From: an uncultured Planctomycetaceae bacterium
GTDB taxonomy: Bacteria > Planctomycetota > Planctomycetia > Planctomycetales > Planctomycetaceae
Reading direction: 5' to 3'
Assembly: GCA_963815195.1 (NCBI GenBank)
Contig: CAWFGE010000018.1
Coordinates: 128,001-192,000 of the forward strand
Length of the DNA stretch: 64,000 nucleotides
The translations under genes were made by a program, and so were the position numbers. Position 1 is the stretch's first letter; every line of letters begins with the position of its first letter. A model generated the notes under the pieces. That model had not been told where the DNA came from, did no database searches, and was given only the letters and a program-made list of their open reading frames with translations. This document shows, piece after piece, positions 18,647 to 29,205 of this stretch.

Positions 18647-20057
18647 TCACGCCAGGATGTCGTGGAGCACGCGGCCATACACGTCGGTCAACCGGAAATC
18701 CCGGCCGGCGTAGCGGTAAGTCAGCCGTTTGTGATCCAGTCCTAAGAGATGCAGCATCGTCGCGTGGAGGTCGTGGGCGCTCACCGGGTTCTCCACGGCT
18801 TTGAAGCCGAACTCATCGGTGGCCCCATACACGCTGCCGCCTTTGATGCCGCCGCCCGCGAGCCAGACGCTAAAGCCGTAATGGTTGTGATCCCGCCCCT
18901 GCTTGGGGTTGCCGTTGCCCGCGAGTTCCACCGTCGGCGTGCGGCCGAACTCGCCGCCCCAGAGCACCAAGGTGTCTTCGAACATTCCGCGCTGCTTGAG
19001 GTCGGTGAGCAACGCCGCGATCGGGCCGTCCAATTCGTTCGCGAGTCGGCGGTGGTTGCCCGCGATGTTGTCGTGATTGTCCCAAGGTTGCCCCGCCCCG
19101 TGCCAAAGCTGCACGTAACGCACGCCCCGCTCCAGAAGCCGGCGGGCGATCAACGTTTGCCGGCCGTGCACGCCGTCGCCGTACATCTTTTGAATGTGCG
19201 CCGGTTCCCGCGCCAGATCGAACGCCTCGGCCGCATCCTGCTGCATGCGGAAGGCGAGTTCATAAGACTGAATCCGAGCTTCGAGCCGGTCGTCCAACCG
19301 CTCCGCCTGATGCTGGGCGTTCCACCGGGCGAGCAGATTGAGTTGCCGCCGCTGATCGCTTCGGCTGATGTGCGGATGCTCGATGTTTTCGATCAATTTC
19401 GCAAGTTCGCGGTGCTTGGAATCGATGTAGGTCCCTTGATAAGCCCCCGGCAGAAACGCCGACTGCCAGTTTTCGTTGTCCTTGATGGGAAGGCCCCCCG
19501 GACACATCGCGACGAAGCCGGGCAGATCCTGGTTCAAGGTCCCGAGCCCATAGAGCACCCAGGCCCCCATGCTCGGCCGCGTCTGCACCGAGTCGCCGCA
19601 GTTCATGAGCATCAAAGACGGTTCGTGATTGGGGACCTCGGCGTGCATCGAGCGGATCACGGCGATGTCGTCAATGTGCTCGGCCGTCTTCGCGAAAATC
19701 TCGCTCACGGGAATCCCCGACTGCGCCGTACTTTTTGAACTGGAACGGCGAAGGGAACGCCGCCCCGGTTTTGCGTTCGGTCGTCAAGGTTTCGCCCAAG
19801 GGCTTGCCGGCGTGTTTTTCCAGCATCGGCTTGGGGTCGAAGGTATCCACATGCGACGGGCCGCCGTTTAAGAAAAAGTGAATCACCCGCTTCGCCCGCC
19901 CCGGAAAATGCGGCCGCTTAGAATCCAAAGGCCCCGCGTTTTCCCCTTCCGCCGCCGACAACCGCCCATCGTCCTCGAGCACCCCACAAAGTCCCAAGGC
20001 CCCAATCCCCAATGCAGATCGCTTGAGGATGTCCCGGCGGTTTAGGGAATATTGCAT
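18647..20057 (-). CDS. DUF1501 domain protein (Tat-exported), frameshift ~19725
   Basis: N-part NRRDIL...AKRVIHFFLNGGPSHVDTFDPKP in ORF 19671..20222; C-part RPSMGAW..YGLG, ARRLLERGVRYVQ, WGGEFGRTP, GRDH in ORF 18647..19708. Confidence 0.9.
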
Positions 20058-20435
20058 CGCGGGCCTCTTTATGCTGCGGGTTGGTCGTTCATTGTGATAG
20101 GACGCGCTGGCAACGAGATGACCTTGCGGGCTGCCTGCTTCTGCCGTTTTCGCAAATCGCTGGAACTCGCGGAATAATCCTGGCGATACCGCCGGATTTC
20201 TTCGACGATGGAATGTTGCCACATGGATTAGTCCTCCACGAGTTGTTGCGGTGTGCAGATCGTGGGTGGGGGCGACTGCTAAGATTTCACTATAACCAAT
20301 TCGCTCTTTGTGAGACAGCGGTCAGGCAACTCTCTCATTTCGCCGATCATGTCATTGATTTTCTAAGAGGCCAAGTGTAATATAAGCATCGTATCAACCA
20401 CCCCCCGTGCGGGACAGAATCAATTGGCTATGGCG

Positions 20436-20475
20436 GCCCCTCGATGCGAGAATCGCGTCGCGGGGCTTTTTTTTT
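20436..20475 (+). terminator. Intrinsic-terminator-like hairpin upstream of the small gene/GH63-like cluster
   Basis: GCCCC-TCGATGCGA-gaa-TCGCGTCG-CGGGGC followed by T9. Confidence 0.6.
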
Positions 20476-20528
20476 GGATGGGACCAGCCGGCCTGAGGCG
20501 GTTCCCGGAGGTTTCTAGGGAGAGAACG

Positions 20529-20735
20529 ATGGTCATTCTCAAAGAAAGAAAAATGTCCATCTTTGTGGACAAATCGATGCAGCAGTGGATCGTGCGGGAT
20601 GCGGAGGGGAGGTTTTGGATTGTCCCGGCCGACGAGGAAGGTTGGAAGCAGCGCGAACCGTTTACCCCCACCGAAGAAACCGAACTCGAACCGGTGCCGG
20701 GGCATTACCACTACCTGTTGGGGCTGCCGCGCTGA
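20529..20735 (+). CDS. Small hypothetical protein (Trp-rich)
   Basis: GGGAGAG RBS before ATG 20529; IFVDK..QQWIVRD.EG.FW...W..R.PF...ELEPVPGHY reads as a natural protein; co-oriented with the next gene. Confidence 0.7.
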   Translation: MVILKERKMSIFVDKSMQQWIVRDAEGRFWIVPADEEGWKQREPFTPTEETELEPVPGHYHYLLGLPR

Positions 20736-20771
20736 TTCGGACGCGACGCCGGTTTGGAAAGCGAGACTCGG

Positions 20772-23519
20772 ATGACAGCGGAACATCAACGGCTAGATGA
20801 AGCCGGCGCGCAGAAAGTTCCTTGGAAGAAATGGGGGCCGTATCTCAGCGAGCGGCAGTGGGGGACGGTCCGCGAGGACTATAGCGAAGGCGGCGACGCC
20901 TGGAATTATTTCACGCACGACCAGGCCCGCTCCCGGGCTTACCGGTGGGGCGAGGATGGACTCGCAGGCTTCTCCGACGACCAGCAGCGGCTGTGTTTCG
21001 CGCTGGCTCTTTGGAACGGGAACGACCCGATCCTCAAAGAACGCCTGTTCGGCCTGACCAACAGCGAAAGCAATCACGGGGAGGATGTCAAAGAGTACTA
21101 CTTCTACCTCGACAGCACGCCCACGCACTCCTATATGAAGTACCTCTATAAATACCCGCAGGCCGCATTTCCCTATGTGGACCTGGTCAACACCAGCAAA
21201 CGGCGGGGACGGAATGAGTTCGAATACGAACTGCTCGACACGGGCGTCTTTAACGAAGACCGTTATTTCGACGTGTTCGTCGAGTATGCCAAACAGTCTC
21301 CGGAAGACATTCTGATACAGATCACCATCCATAACCGCGGCCCGGACGATGCGAATCTGCACGTCCTACCGACACTGTGGTTCCGCAATCAATGGTCCTG
21401 GCATGGGAGCGTCGATCGTCCCATCTTGCAGGTTGCTTCGCCGGCTCCCGGACAGAATGTCGTCGAAGCCGCCGATCCCCTGCTCGGAAAATACTACCTT
21501 TCCTGCGAGGGCGAGGCTGCGTTGCTGTTTACGGAAAACGAGACCAACACCCAGCAGATTTTCGGCGTCCCCAATCGTACGCCTTACGTCAAAGACAGCA
21601 TCGACAGTTACATCGTGCACGGCCTGGAGGAGGCGGTGAACCGCGAACAAAAGGGCACGAAAGTCGCCGCGGATTACCGGCTCACCGTGCCCGCGCACGG
21701 TTCGCAGATCGTTCGCTTGCGGTTGTCGAACCGTTCGCCGGCCGCGGAAGGCAACGGAAAAAAACAGACGCCGTTCGGAAGCGATTACGAGGACACGCTC
21801 CAGGCGCGCCGCGATGAGGCGGACGAGTTTTATCAATCCGTGATTCCCGGATCCTTAAACGCCGACGAGGCCAATGTGATGCGCCAGGCGCTGGCGGGGA
21901 TGCTGTGGAGCAAGCAGTTCTATCACTACGACGTGGACAAATGGCTCGAAGAGCGCGGTTCCGACCCGTTCAAGCCGGCCCGCAAGCAGGCGCCGCGGAA
22001 CGACCACTGGCACCACATGTATAACGGCGACATCATCTCGATGCCCGACAAATGGGAATACCCCTGGTACGCGGCGTGGGATCTGGCGTTTCACGTGCTC
22101 GCCCTCACGCTGGTCGACCCCGAGTTCGGCAAGGAACAGCTCAAGTTGATGGTCCGCGAACGGTACATGCACCCCAACGGACAAATCCCGGCTTACGAGT
22201 GGAACTTCGGCGACGTCAACCCGCCGGTGCATGCCTGGTCCACGATTTTCACCTACCGATTGGAGAAGGGCCAAAAAGGCGAAGGCGACCGCGATTGGCT
22301 GAAGAGCTGTTTTCAGAAGCTGTTGCTCAATTTTACCTGGTGGGTCAATCGCAAGGACCGCACGGGCCGAAATGTGTTTGAAGGCGGCTTTTTGGGTTTG
22401 GATAACATCGGCGTCTTCGACCGCAGCGCGCCCTTGCCGACCGGGGGCTACTTGGAGCAGGCTGACGGAACCGCGTGGATGGCGCTCTTCTGCCAGAACA
22501 TGCTGGAGATCGCCGCGGAACTGGCGATGACCGATCCCGATTACGCAGACATGGCCCTCAAATTCGTGGAACACTTCCTGTGGATCGCCTCGGCCATGAG
22601 TCATCTGGGCGGCGAAACCGAGATGTGGGACGAAGAGGACGGCTTTTACTACGATGTGCTCCGGCTTCCCAACGGCCGGGCGCAACGGCTCAAAGTGCGC
22701 TCGATGGTGGGACTCCTGCCTTTGTGTGCCGCCACCGTCTTCGATGGGAAACTCATCCCAAAATACCCCGAGTTGGCGGCGCGGCTGCGTTGGTTCCTTG
22801 AAACTCGCCCGGAGTTATGTGCCGCGATCCACGATCCCAGAAAACCGGGAGTGGCCGGCCGGATGCTGGCTTCGATCCTTGACGAAACCAAGCTCCGCCG
22901 AGTGCTGGCGAAAATGCTGGATGAGAAGGAGTTTCTCAGTCCCTACGGGATTCGCTCTTTGTCCCGCTACCATGCCGACCATCCCTATGTCATGCACGCC
23001 GGCGGCCAGGAATACCGGGTGACTTACCTGCCCGCCGAGTCGGACACGGGCATGTTCGGCGGAAACTCCAACTGGCGCGGGCCGATCTGGATGCCAGTCA
23101 ACGCCCTCATCATCCGAGCACTGATCCAATACTATCACTATTACGGCAACGATTTTACCGTGGAATGCCCCACCGGCTCGGGCCGGCAAATGAATCTGTA
23201 TCAGGTCGCCGAGGAAATCTCGCGGCGACTCGCCAGCATCTTCCTGAAAGACAAAAACGGGCGGCGCCCGGTTTACGGCGGAACCCAAAAGTTCCAGGAA
23301 GACCAGCACTGGCGCGACTACCTGCAGTTCTTCGAATACTTCCACGGGGATAACGGGGCCGGCCTGGGCGCGAACCATCAGACCGGCTGGACGGGAGTCG
23401 TCGCCCGGACGATGCACCTGTTCGCGACCATGAAGCCGGAAGTGATTCTGGCGGGCAAGTACGCCTACTTTGAACCGCAAACCAAACCCGCGGCCGCCGC
23501 TCCTTCGACGGCTCACTAA
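20772..23519 (+). CDS. MGH1-like / GH63-related glucosidase
   Basis: WKKWGPYLSERQWGTVREDYS, SMPDKWEYPWYAAWDLAFH, GGFLGLDNIGVFDR, NSNWRGPIW, FFEYFHGDNGAGLGANHQTGWT. Confidence 0.9.
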   Translation: MTAEHQRLDEAGAQKVPWKKWGPYLSERQWGTVREDYSEGGDAWNYFTHDQARSRAYRWGEDGLAGFSDDQQRLCFALALWNGNDPILKERLFGLTNSESNHGEDVKEYYFYLDSTPTHSYMKYLYKYPQAAFPYVDLVNTSKRRGRNEFEYELLDTGVFNEDRYFDVFVEYAKQSPEDILIQITIHNRGPDDANLHVLPTLWFRNQWSWHGSVDRPILQVASPAPGQNVVEAADPLLGKYYLSCEGEAALLFTENETNTQQIFGVPNRTPYVKDSIDSYIVHGLEEAVNREQKGTKVAADYRLTVPAHGSQIVRLRLSNRSPAAEGNGKKQTPFGSDYEDTLQARRDEADEFYQSVIPGSLNADEANVMRQALAGMLWSKQFYHYDVDKWLEERGSDPFKPARKQAPRNDHWHHMYNGDIISMPDKWEYPWYAAWDLAFHVLALTLVDPEFGKEQLKLMVRERYMHPNGQIPAYEWNFGDVNPPVHAWSTIFTYRLEKGQKGEGDRDWLKSCFQKLLLNFTWWVNRKDRTGRNVFEGGFLGLDNIGVFDRSAPLPTGGYLEQADGTAWMALFCQNMLEIAAELAMTDPDYADMALKFVEHFLWIASAMSHLGGETEMWDEEDGFYYDVLRLPNGRAQRLKVRSMVGLLPLCAATVFDGKLIPKYPELAARLRWFLETRPELCAAIHDPRKPGVAGRMLASILDETKLRRVLAKMLDEKEFLSPYGIRSLSRYHADHPYVMHAGGQEYRVTYLPAESDTGMFGGNSNWRGPIWMPVNALIIRALIQYYHYYGNDFTVECPTGSGRQMNLYQVAEEISRRLASIFLKDKNGRRPVYGGTQKFQEDQHWRDYLQFFEYFHGDNGAGLGANHQTGWTGVVARTMHLFATMKPEVILAGKYAYFEPQTKPAAAAPSTAH

Positions 23520-23619
23520 CCTGCGTTGACAAACCCAGCCGCCGATGAACGCGTACCAACGAAGAGCAGAGGCGTCACACACGGCAACGGTCAAGTGCCC
23601 GCGTCCGGAGTTCTCGTGA

Positions 23620-24297
23620 ATGGCCATTGTGGAAGGACCGCCGCCAGCCCCGCCGCGGGTCGTCGCTGTGAGCGGCATGATCTTCGCCACCCTGTATATC
23701 GCCAGTCTCGTGTTCGCTCGGCTCGCCGTTCCGGCCGATCCGGCGGAGGCCGGCACTTGGCTTGCCAATCCCGGATTCAGGAGTTGGGTCCATTTTGCAC
23801 TCAACGTGATTCCATTCACGGGAATTGCGTTCCTCTGGTTTATGGGGGTCCTGCGCAACCGGATCGGCGGCCGCGAAGATCGCTTCCTGGCGACGGTGTT
23901 TCTCGGCAGCGGCTTCTTGTTTGTCGGGATGCTGTTCGTCACCGCCGCGACCTCTCAGGCTTTATTGGATACGTTTGGCACCGAGGACAGCCGCCCGGAC
24001 CGGAGCGAAACCTATGCAGTCGGTCGTGCGATGAGCTACGCGCTCATGAATACGTTCGCCGTGAAGATGGCGGCCGTGTTCATCATCGTCACCTCTTCGA
24101 TCGGTCTGCAGACGGCCGTTTTTCCCCGCTGGATGGCGATGGTCGGCTATATGCTGGCGTTGGTGATGTTGCTGACAATTTCTGGCTTCGCCTGGATCGC
24201 GCTGGCGTTTCCCGTGTGGGTGCTTCTGTTAAGCGCATACATCCTGGTCACCGACTTTGGCCGGTATCGCCAGATGAACACGACGGCCAAGCCATAG
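23620..24297 (+). CDS. Hypothetical membrane protein (~5-6 TM)
   Basis: Alternating hydrophobic helices; PFTGIAFLWFMGVLR.RIG..EDRFLATVFLGSG. Start uncertain. Confidence 0.75.
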   Translation: MAIVEGPPPAPPRVVAVSGMIFATLYIASLVFARLAVPADPAEAGTWLANPGFRSWVHFALNVIPFTGIAFLWFMGVLRNRIGGREDRFLATVFLGSGFLFVGMLFVTAATSQALLDTFGTEDSRPDRSETYAVGRAMSYALMNTFAVKMAAVFIIVTSSIGLQTAVFPRWMAMVGYMLALVMLLTISGFAWIALAFPVWVLLLSAYILVTDFGRYRQMNTTAKP

Positions 24298-24397
24298 CGA
24301 TCGAAGGAGGGCAGCAGAGTGGGTATTACTTGGGCCAATCTGACGCAATTCGCTCAGAAATAGACAAAAATCCATAAAAACAAAGGACCACGCGAAT

Positions 24398-25867
24398 ATG
24401 GGAACGATCCGCTACCCATCCCTCTACCAGATCAACACCCGCGTCTTGATGACGGAACTGTCTCGGCAACTCGGACGGCCCGCGACACTGGATGATATCC
24501 CCGATGCCGAGTTGGACCGTCTGGCCGCGATGGGTTTTGATTGGATTTGGATGCTGAGCGTCTGGCAAACGGGATTGGCGGGACAGAAGATTTCGCGGAG
24601 CAATCCGGATTGGCGCCACGAGTTTGAAGACACCCTGCCCGACCTCAAGGATGGAGACATCGCCGGCTCCGGGTTTGCGATTGCCGGCTATACCGTGCAC
24701 AAAAAATTGGGTGGGGATGAAGCTCTCGGCCGATTTCGCGAGCGGCTCAGAGCCAGGCACCTGAAGTTAATGCTCGATTTCGTCCCCAACCACATGGCCC
24801 TCGACCATCCTTGGGTCGATGACCATCCGGAGTATTTTATACGCGGGTATGACGCAGATCTCGCGCGGGCCCCAAAGAACTATACCTGGATCAAACGGCC
24901 GCAAGGGGATTTGCTGCTGGCGCACGGGCGGGATCCGTTTTTCCCCGGCTGGCCCGATACATTGCAGCTCAACTACGGCAACCCCGCCACGCAGGAAGCC
25001 ATGATCGGCGAACTCGTCAAGATCGCCGGGCAATGCGACGGCGTCCGCTGCGACATGGCCATGCTGGTCTTGCCCGAAGTCTTCGAGAGAACCTGGGGCA
25101 TCGCGTCAAAACCATTCTGGCCGAAAGCCACGAAAAAAGTTCGCGAGCAGGTGCCGGGCTTCTGCTTCATGGCCGAGGTCTATTGGGATCTGGAATGGAC
25201 TCTTCAACAACAGGGCTTCGATTACACCTACGATAAACGGCTTTACGATCGACTCCGCGATCAACACGCCGGGGCCGTTCGCGCCCATTTTCTTGCGGGT
25301 CTCGATTACCAAAACAAATTGGCCCGCTTTCTCGAAAATCACGATGAACCGCGGGCCGCGGCCACGTTCCCACCCGGGGTCCACGAAGCGGCCGCCGCCA
25401 TCACGTTTCTCTCGCCGGGCCTTAGGTTTTTTCACCAGGGACAATTCGAGGGGCGAAAGAAACGCATCTCTCCGCATCTGGTCCGCGCCCCGCACGAACC
25501 GGCGAATGCCAGCCTGCAAAAGTTTTACGAGCAACTCCTGAATGTGCTAAACCAGCCGATGTTAAAAGAAGGCCGGTGGCAGTTGCTGGACTCTTTCCCT
25601 GCCTGGCAAGGCAACGCGACGAACGAATGTTTTATCGCCTTTGCCTGGCAGGCCGACGGTGGCCGCATGATCGTCGCGGTCAACTATGCCGCACATCAAA
25701 GCCAGTGTTCCCTCAGGCTTCCCTGGAACGACTTCGGCGGGAAAACCTGGCGTTTGGAAGACCGGTTCAGTTCCGATGTCTATGACCGAGCCGGCGACGA
25801 TCTGCAATCCGGCGGACTTTACTTGGATATGAAACCGTGGCAATTAGCCGCCTACACCCTTGCTTGA
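24398..25867 (+). CDS. Alpha-amylase family glycoside hydrolase (GH13)
   Basis: LDFVPNH, DGVRCDMAM (nucleophile), FMAEVYW (acid/base), FLENHDE. Confidence 0.92.
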   Translation: MGTIRYPSLYQINTRVLMTELSRQLGRPATLDDIPDAELDRLAAMGFDWIWMLSVWQTGLAGQKISRSNPDWRHEFEDTLPDLKDGDIAGSGFAIAGYTVHKKLGGDEALGRFRERLRARHLKLMLDFVPNHMALDHPWVDDHPEYFIRGYDADLARAPKNYTWIKRPQGDLLLAHGRDPFFPGWPDTLQLNYGNPATQEAMIGELVKIAGQCDGVRCDMAMLVLPEVFERTWGIASKPFWPKATKKVREQVPGFCFMAEVYWDLEWTLQQQGFDYTYDKRLYDRLRDQHAGAVRAHFLAGLDYQNKLARFLENHDEPRAAATFPPGVHEAAAAITFLSPGLRFFHQGQFEGRKKRISPHLVRAPHEPANASLQKFYEQLLNVLNQPMLKEGRWQLLDSFPAWQGNATNECFIAFAWQADGGRMIVAVNYAAHQSQCSLRLPWNDFGGKTWRLEDRFSSDVYDRAGDDLQSGGLYLDMKPWQLAAYTLA

Positions 25868-26044
25868 CCGACTCGGCTCATCGTCGGATCTCCGCGAACT
25901 TGCTGGCCCAAGACCACCGCAACCCGCTCCGTTAGAACCGGTTCCATCGAGCGGCATTTCCGAGCCCGTGTTGACAGCAGAAACGATGTCGAGGAAACTG
26001 TTAAAATCAGCCTCGAAACGTCTCTTGATCCCGGAATTTTTCGC

Positions 26045-27454
26045 ATGTCACGCGCACCGGAACACGATAGTTGCCCCGAGTTTCAACGCCTGGCTTCCAC
26101 CCGGCGGGAGTGGCTCAAAGCGGGGGTGCTGGGGACGCTCGGCGTGACGTTGGGCGACGTGCTGAAGCTTTCCGCCGAGACCGAATCCGTCCGGCGTTCG
26201 CCGGTGAAATCGATCATCGTCCTGCAAAAATACGGGGCGCCAAGCCACATCGATACCTGGGACATGAAGCCCAACGCCCCAGTGGAGATTCGCGGCGAGT
26301 TTAAGCCCATCCCCACCGCGATTCCGGGCTATGTCGTCTCCGAGCACATGCCCCGGTCCGCGAAGCACGTCGGCAAAATGACCATCGTCCGGTCCTTCGG
26401 ACATACCGTCGCGAACCACAACCCGGCCACCTATTTCATGCTGACCGGCCGGACCAGCACCGCCGACGTGGTTCAAGTCGGAGCCAAGCCCGACGATTGG
26501 CCCAACCCCGGCGCGGCGGTCGCGAAACTCCGTCCCGGCAACGGCAAACTGCCCGAGTCCGTGATCCTCCCGCACCTGTGCTACGATCAGGTCTATACCT
26601 GCCCCGGGCAGTTCGGCGGAATGCTCGGCAAGTCGTACGATCCCTTCATCGTCGACCAGGATCCCAATCGGCCCGATTTTTCCGTCAAGACCTTGGAGCT
26701 GCGGCAGGGCATTTCCATCTCGCAGCTCAACAGCCGGCGGGAACTGCTCAAACAGATCGACCGCCAGCACCGGCACGTGGCGAACACGGCTGCGGTCGCG
26801 GGGATGGACCAATACTACGAGCGGGCCTGGTCGATGTTGACCTCGCCGGAAGCCAAGCGGGCCTTCGACATTCACCAGGAACCCGCCGAGGTTCGCGAGC
26901 GTTACGGCCGAAACAAAGTCGGCCAGAGCATGCTCTTGGCCCGGCGGTTGGTCGAAGCCGGCGTGCGGTTTGTGACTTGCTATCACGGATTGAATCCCGG
27001 CGACAACACCGGCTGGGACACGCACCGCGACAACTTCAACGGCCTCAAAAACCGCCTGCTCCCGCCGGACGAGCAGGGCTTCGATGCGCTGATTACCGAT
27101 CTGGAAGAGCGGGGATTATTGGAATCCACCTTGATCGTGTGGTGCGGCGAGTTCGGCCGCAGTCCCCGCATCGGCAAAGCCGACGTGACCAAACGCATCG
27201 CCCCCGCCGGCCGGGACCATTGGCCGTTCGCGTATTCGATCGCCCTCATCGGCGGCGGCGTGAAACAGGGATCCCTTTGCGGACAGACCGACAAGATCGG
27301 AGCCTACCCCGTCGGCCGGCCCTACAAGCCGGGCGACCTCGCGGCCACCATGTTCTGGGCCTTGGGCATCGACCCCGCCACGGAAATCCACGACCAACTC
27401 GGCCGCCCCTTCAAACTCGCCGAAGGCCGCCCGGCAACGGAATGGTTCGCGTGA
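26045..27454 (+). CDS. DUF1501 domain protein (Tat-exported)
   Basis: TRREWL, PSHIDTWDMKP, LLARRLVEAGVRFV, WDTH, GEFGRSP, GRDHWP. Confidence 0.92.
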   Translation: MSRAPEHDSCPEFQRLASTRREWLKAGVLGTLGVTLGDVLKLSAETESVRRSPVKSIIVLQKYGAPSHIDTWDMKPNAPVEIRGEFKPIPTAIPGYVVSEHMPRSAKHVGKMTIVRSFGHTVANHNPATYFMLTGRTSTADVVQVGAKPDDWPNPGAAVAKLRPGNGKLPESVILPHLCYDQVYTCPGQFGGMLGKSYDPFIVDQDPNRPDFSVKTLELRQGISISQLNSRRELLKQIDRQHRHVANTAAVAGMDQYYERAWSMLTSPEAKRAFDIHQEPAEVRERYGRNKVGQSMLLARRLVEAGVRFVTCYHGLNPGDNTGWDTHRDNFNGLKNRLLPPDEQGFDALITDLEERGLLESTLIVWCGEFGRSPRIGKADVTKRIAPAGRDHWPFAYSIALIGGGVKQGSLCGQTDKIGAYPVGRPYKPGDLAATMFWALGIDPATEIHDQLGRPFKLAEGRPATEWFA

Positions 27455-27480
27455 TGCAAAGGATTGGCTGACCGTGAATC

Positions 27481-27942
27481 CTATTGCTTGTCCGTAGAGC
27501 CAATATCAAAGCGAGCTAATCGAATCTTGAACTCCGCTCTCTCGATCGCGGACATCTCGCCATCGTGTGTGATGGCTTGGTCAATCTCCCGAAGCATGTC
27601 CACGATTGATTGCAATGCTCGTTTTTCTCTTCGATACAATATGAGGGACATATTGCGCAATATGATGCAGGTGGCGAACAACATGGCAGAATAGAGGAAG
27701 AGCAATACGCTAAAAAGCATCGCAATACGTGGTTCAGGAGAGTCGAATAAAAGCAGAAAGATACCGACGCCCGCTACCCCGATGGTGACGAATGTTCCAA
27801 AAACTGAGGTGAAAAATATTCTGCGATCAAATCCTTCGCAGCGATCCTGCAATTTCTCTGCAAGCTCTAGCAATTTCTCAGCATCTCTGCTGAGCGGATT
27901 CCGCTCTTGTTTTTCTTCGAATTGGTGCTCGACTAGCGACAT
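27481..27942 (-). CDS. Hypothetical 2-TM protein with helical flanks
   Basis: 153-aa ORF, two hydrophobic segments, AGAGGT RBS, AT-richer than flanks; 13 bp downstream of the GTPase-like gene. Confidence 0.7.
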   Translation of the reverse strand: MSLVEHQFEEKQERNPLSRDAEKLLELAEKLQDRCEGFDRRIFFTSVFGTFVTIGVAGVGIFLLLFDSPEPRIAMLFSVLLFLYSAMLFATCIILRNMSLILYRREKRALQSIVDMLREIDQAITHDGEMSAIERAEFKIRLARFDIGSTDKQ

Positions 27943-27955
27943 GGCAGCACCTCTG

Positions 27956-28840
27956 TTAGTTGCGAAAGCTCTTCAAGCGATCCAGGAATTGGGCGAGTAA
28001 GGTGTCTCTTTGATCGATGCCAAACTGCGGCTCGACGGTTTTTCCGTTCCATTCGAATTGCTGTGGATAGGCACACACCGGGAGGAGTTCCCAACGGTAA
28101 TTATCGCGGCCCACCTGATCGCGGAGCTCCATCAACTTCTGATGAAACTTCCCCGTCGGATCGGCGTATCGATTCTTTGCCTCTTCATCCTTATCGGCAT
28201 ACAAATCCACCTTATCTAACGCGATCACCATCCACGTGGGTTTATGAAATCTGCGGTGAGATTGCCGAATGGCTTCACACGTCGATTCCAAGTCCTCCAA
28301 TTCTCTCTTTCGCTGGTAATTGAGGAATTTCGTGATGGTGTTGATTTTGTGGTCTTCAATCAGGATCCGTTTCGAAGACTCCTCTCGAATGATCGAGTAG
28401 CCAAAGCTGACAACATGGATCACCCCGTCGATCGGAGTTTTCCCTTGAAAAACCTCTTCGATGGCGCAATACCTCGGATTGGAATTCTGGCCCGGAATGA
28501 CGTGCAAGACAATCCTTTTATCACCCTCAACCTTTCCCTTCTCCAATTTTTGCGACCGGTGAGGGAGTTGGTAACCGGGTTTTTCTGATTTTCGCGTCAG
28601 ATGATCGAAAAGGACCGTTTTGCCCACGCCCTCCATCCCGGTGAAGGCAATTGTCGTCTTCTTCCCCAATGCCCAATCCAGTCCGCCGGATAGCATTTCT
28701 CCGAGCGTTTTCCGATTCTGGTAGGCTTCGACGACGGCCTTAATCCAACCCACGTTTTCGCGCTCCGAAAGAGACGAAGGTCCACAAACTCTACGAGAAA
28801 GTGTAGCGAAATCCTTGCCTGTTGGCACGATCAATCCCAT
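27956..28840 (-). CDS. P-loop GTPase-like protein (TRAFAC-like)
   Basis: GMEGVGKT (G1), VIPGQ (degenerate G3), LDKVD (G4-like), VCA (G5-like). The true start may be the GTG of VGWIKAVV. Confidence 0.7.
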   Translation of the reverse strand: MGLIVPTGKDFATLSRRVCGPSSLSERENVGWIKAVVEAYQNRKTLGEMLSGGLDWALGKKTTIAFTGMEGVGKTVLFDHLTRKSEKPGYQLPHRSQKLEKGKVEGDKRIVLHVIPGQNSNPRYCAIEEVFQGKTPIDGVIHVVSFGYSIIREESSKRILIEDHKINTITKFLNYQRKRELEDLESTCEAIRQSHRRFHKPTWMVIALDKVDLYADKDEEAKNRYADPTGKFHQKLMELRDQVGRDNYRWELLPVCAYPQQFEWNGKTVEPQFGIDQRDTLLAQFLDRLKSFRN

Positions 28841-29205
28841 TTCGGATTCGCCTCTCGCCCAGCAATCGGGCCGGGCGAGGCGGCATCAGCGTGTCTGGAG
28901 GTTTGCGCTCGCTGTTAACCCCCGATGTGGGCGGGTTACACCCTTTCCCGGTGGTCGAATCCCGGGAAGGTCCGGTGGTAGGAGTTCCGCGCGATGGGAT
29001 GGGGGTTTTGGCGAGAATTCGCCCGCGGGAAGAATCTGAAGGGAACAAAACCAAACATTTGGCGTTCCGGCGCACTGTGTGCATTAGAGTCCCGCCATCA
29101 ACAACCGGTTGATTGAAAGTGCGACACCTCCTCCAGAATTCGCGCGCGGAAGAAGTGCCGCCGGGTTTGATGACTATTCAACAAGTTAACACAGGAAAAA
29201 TCAAA

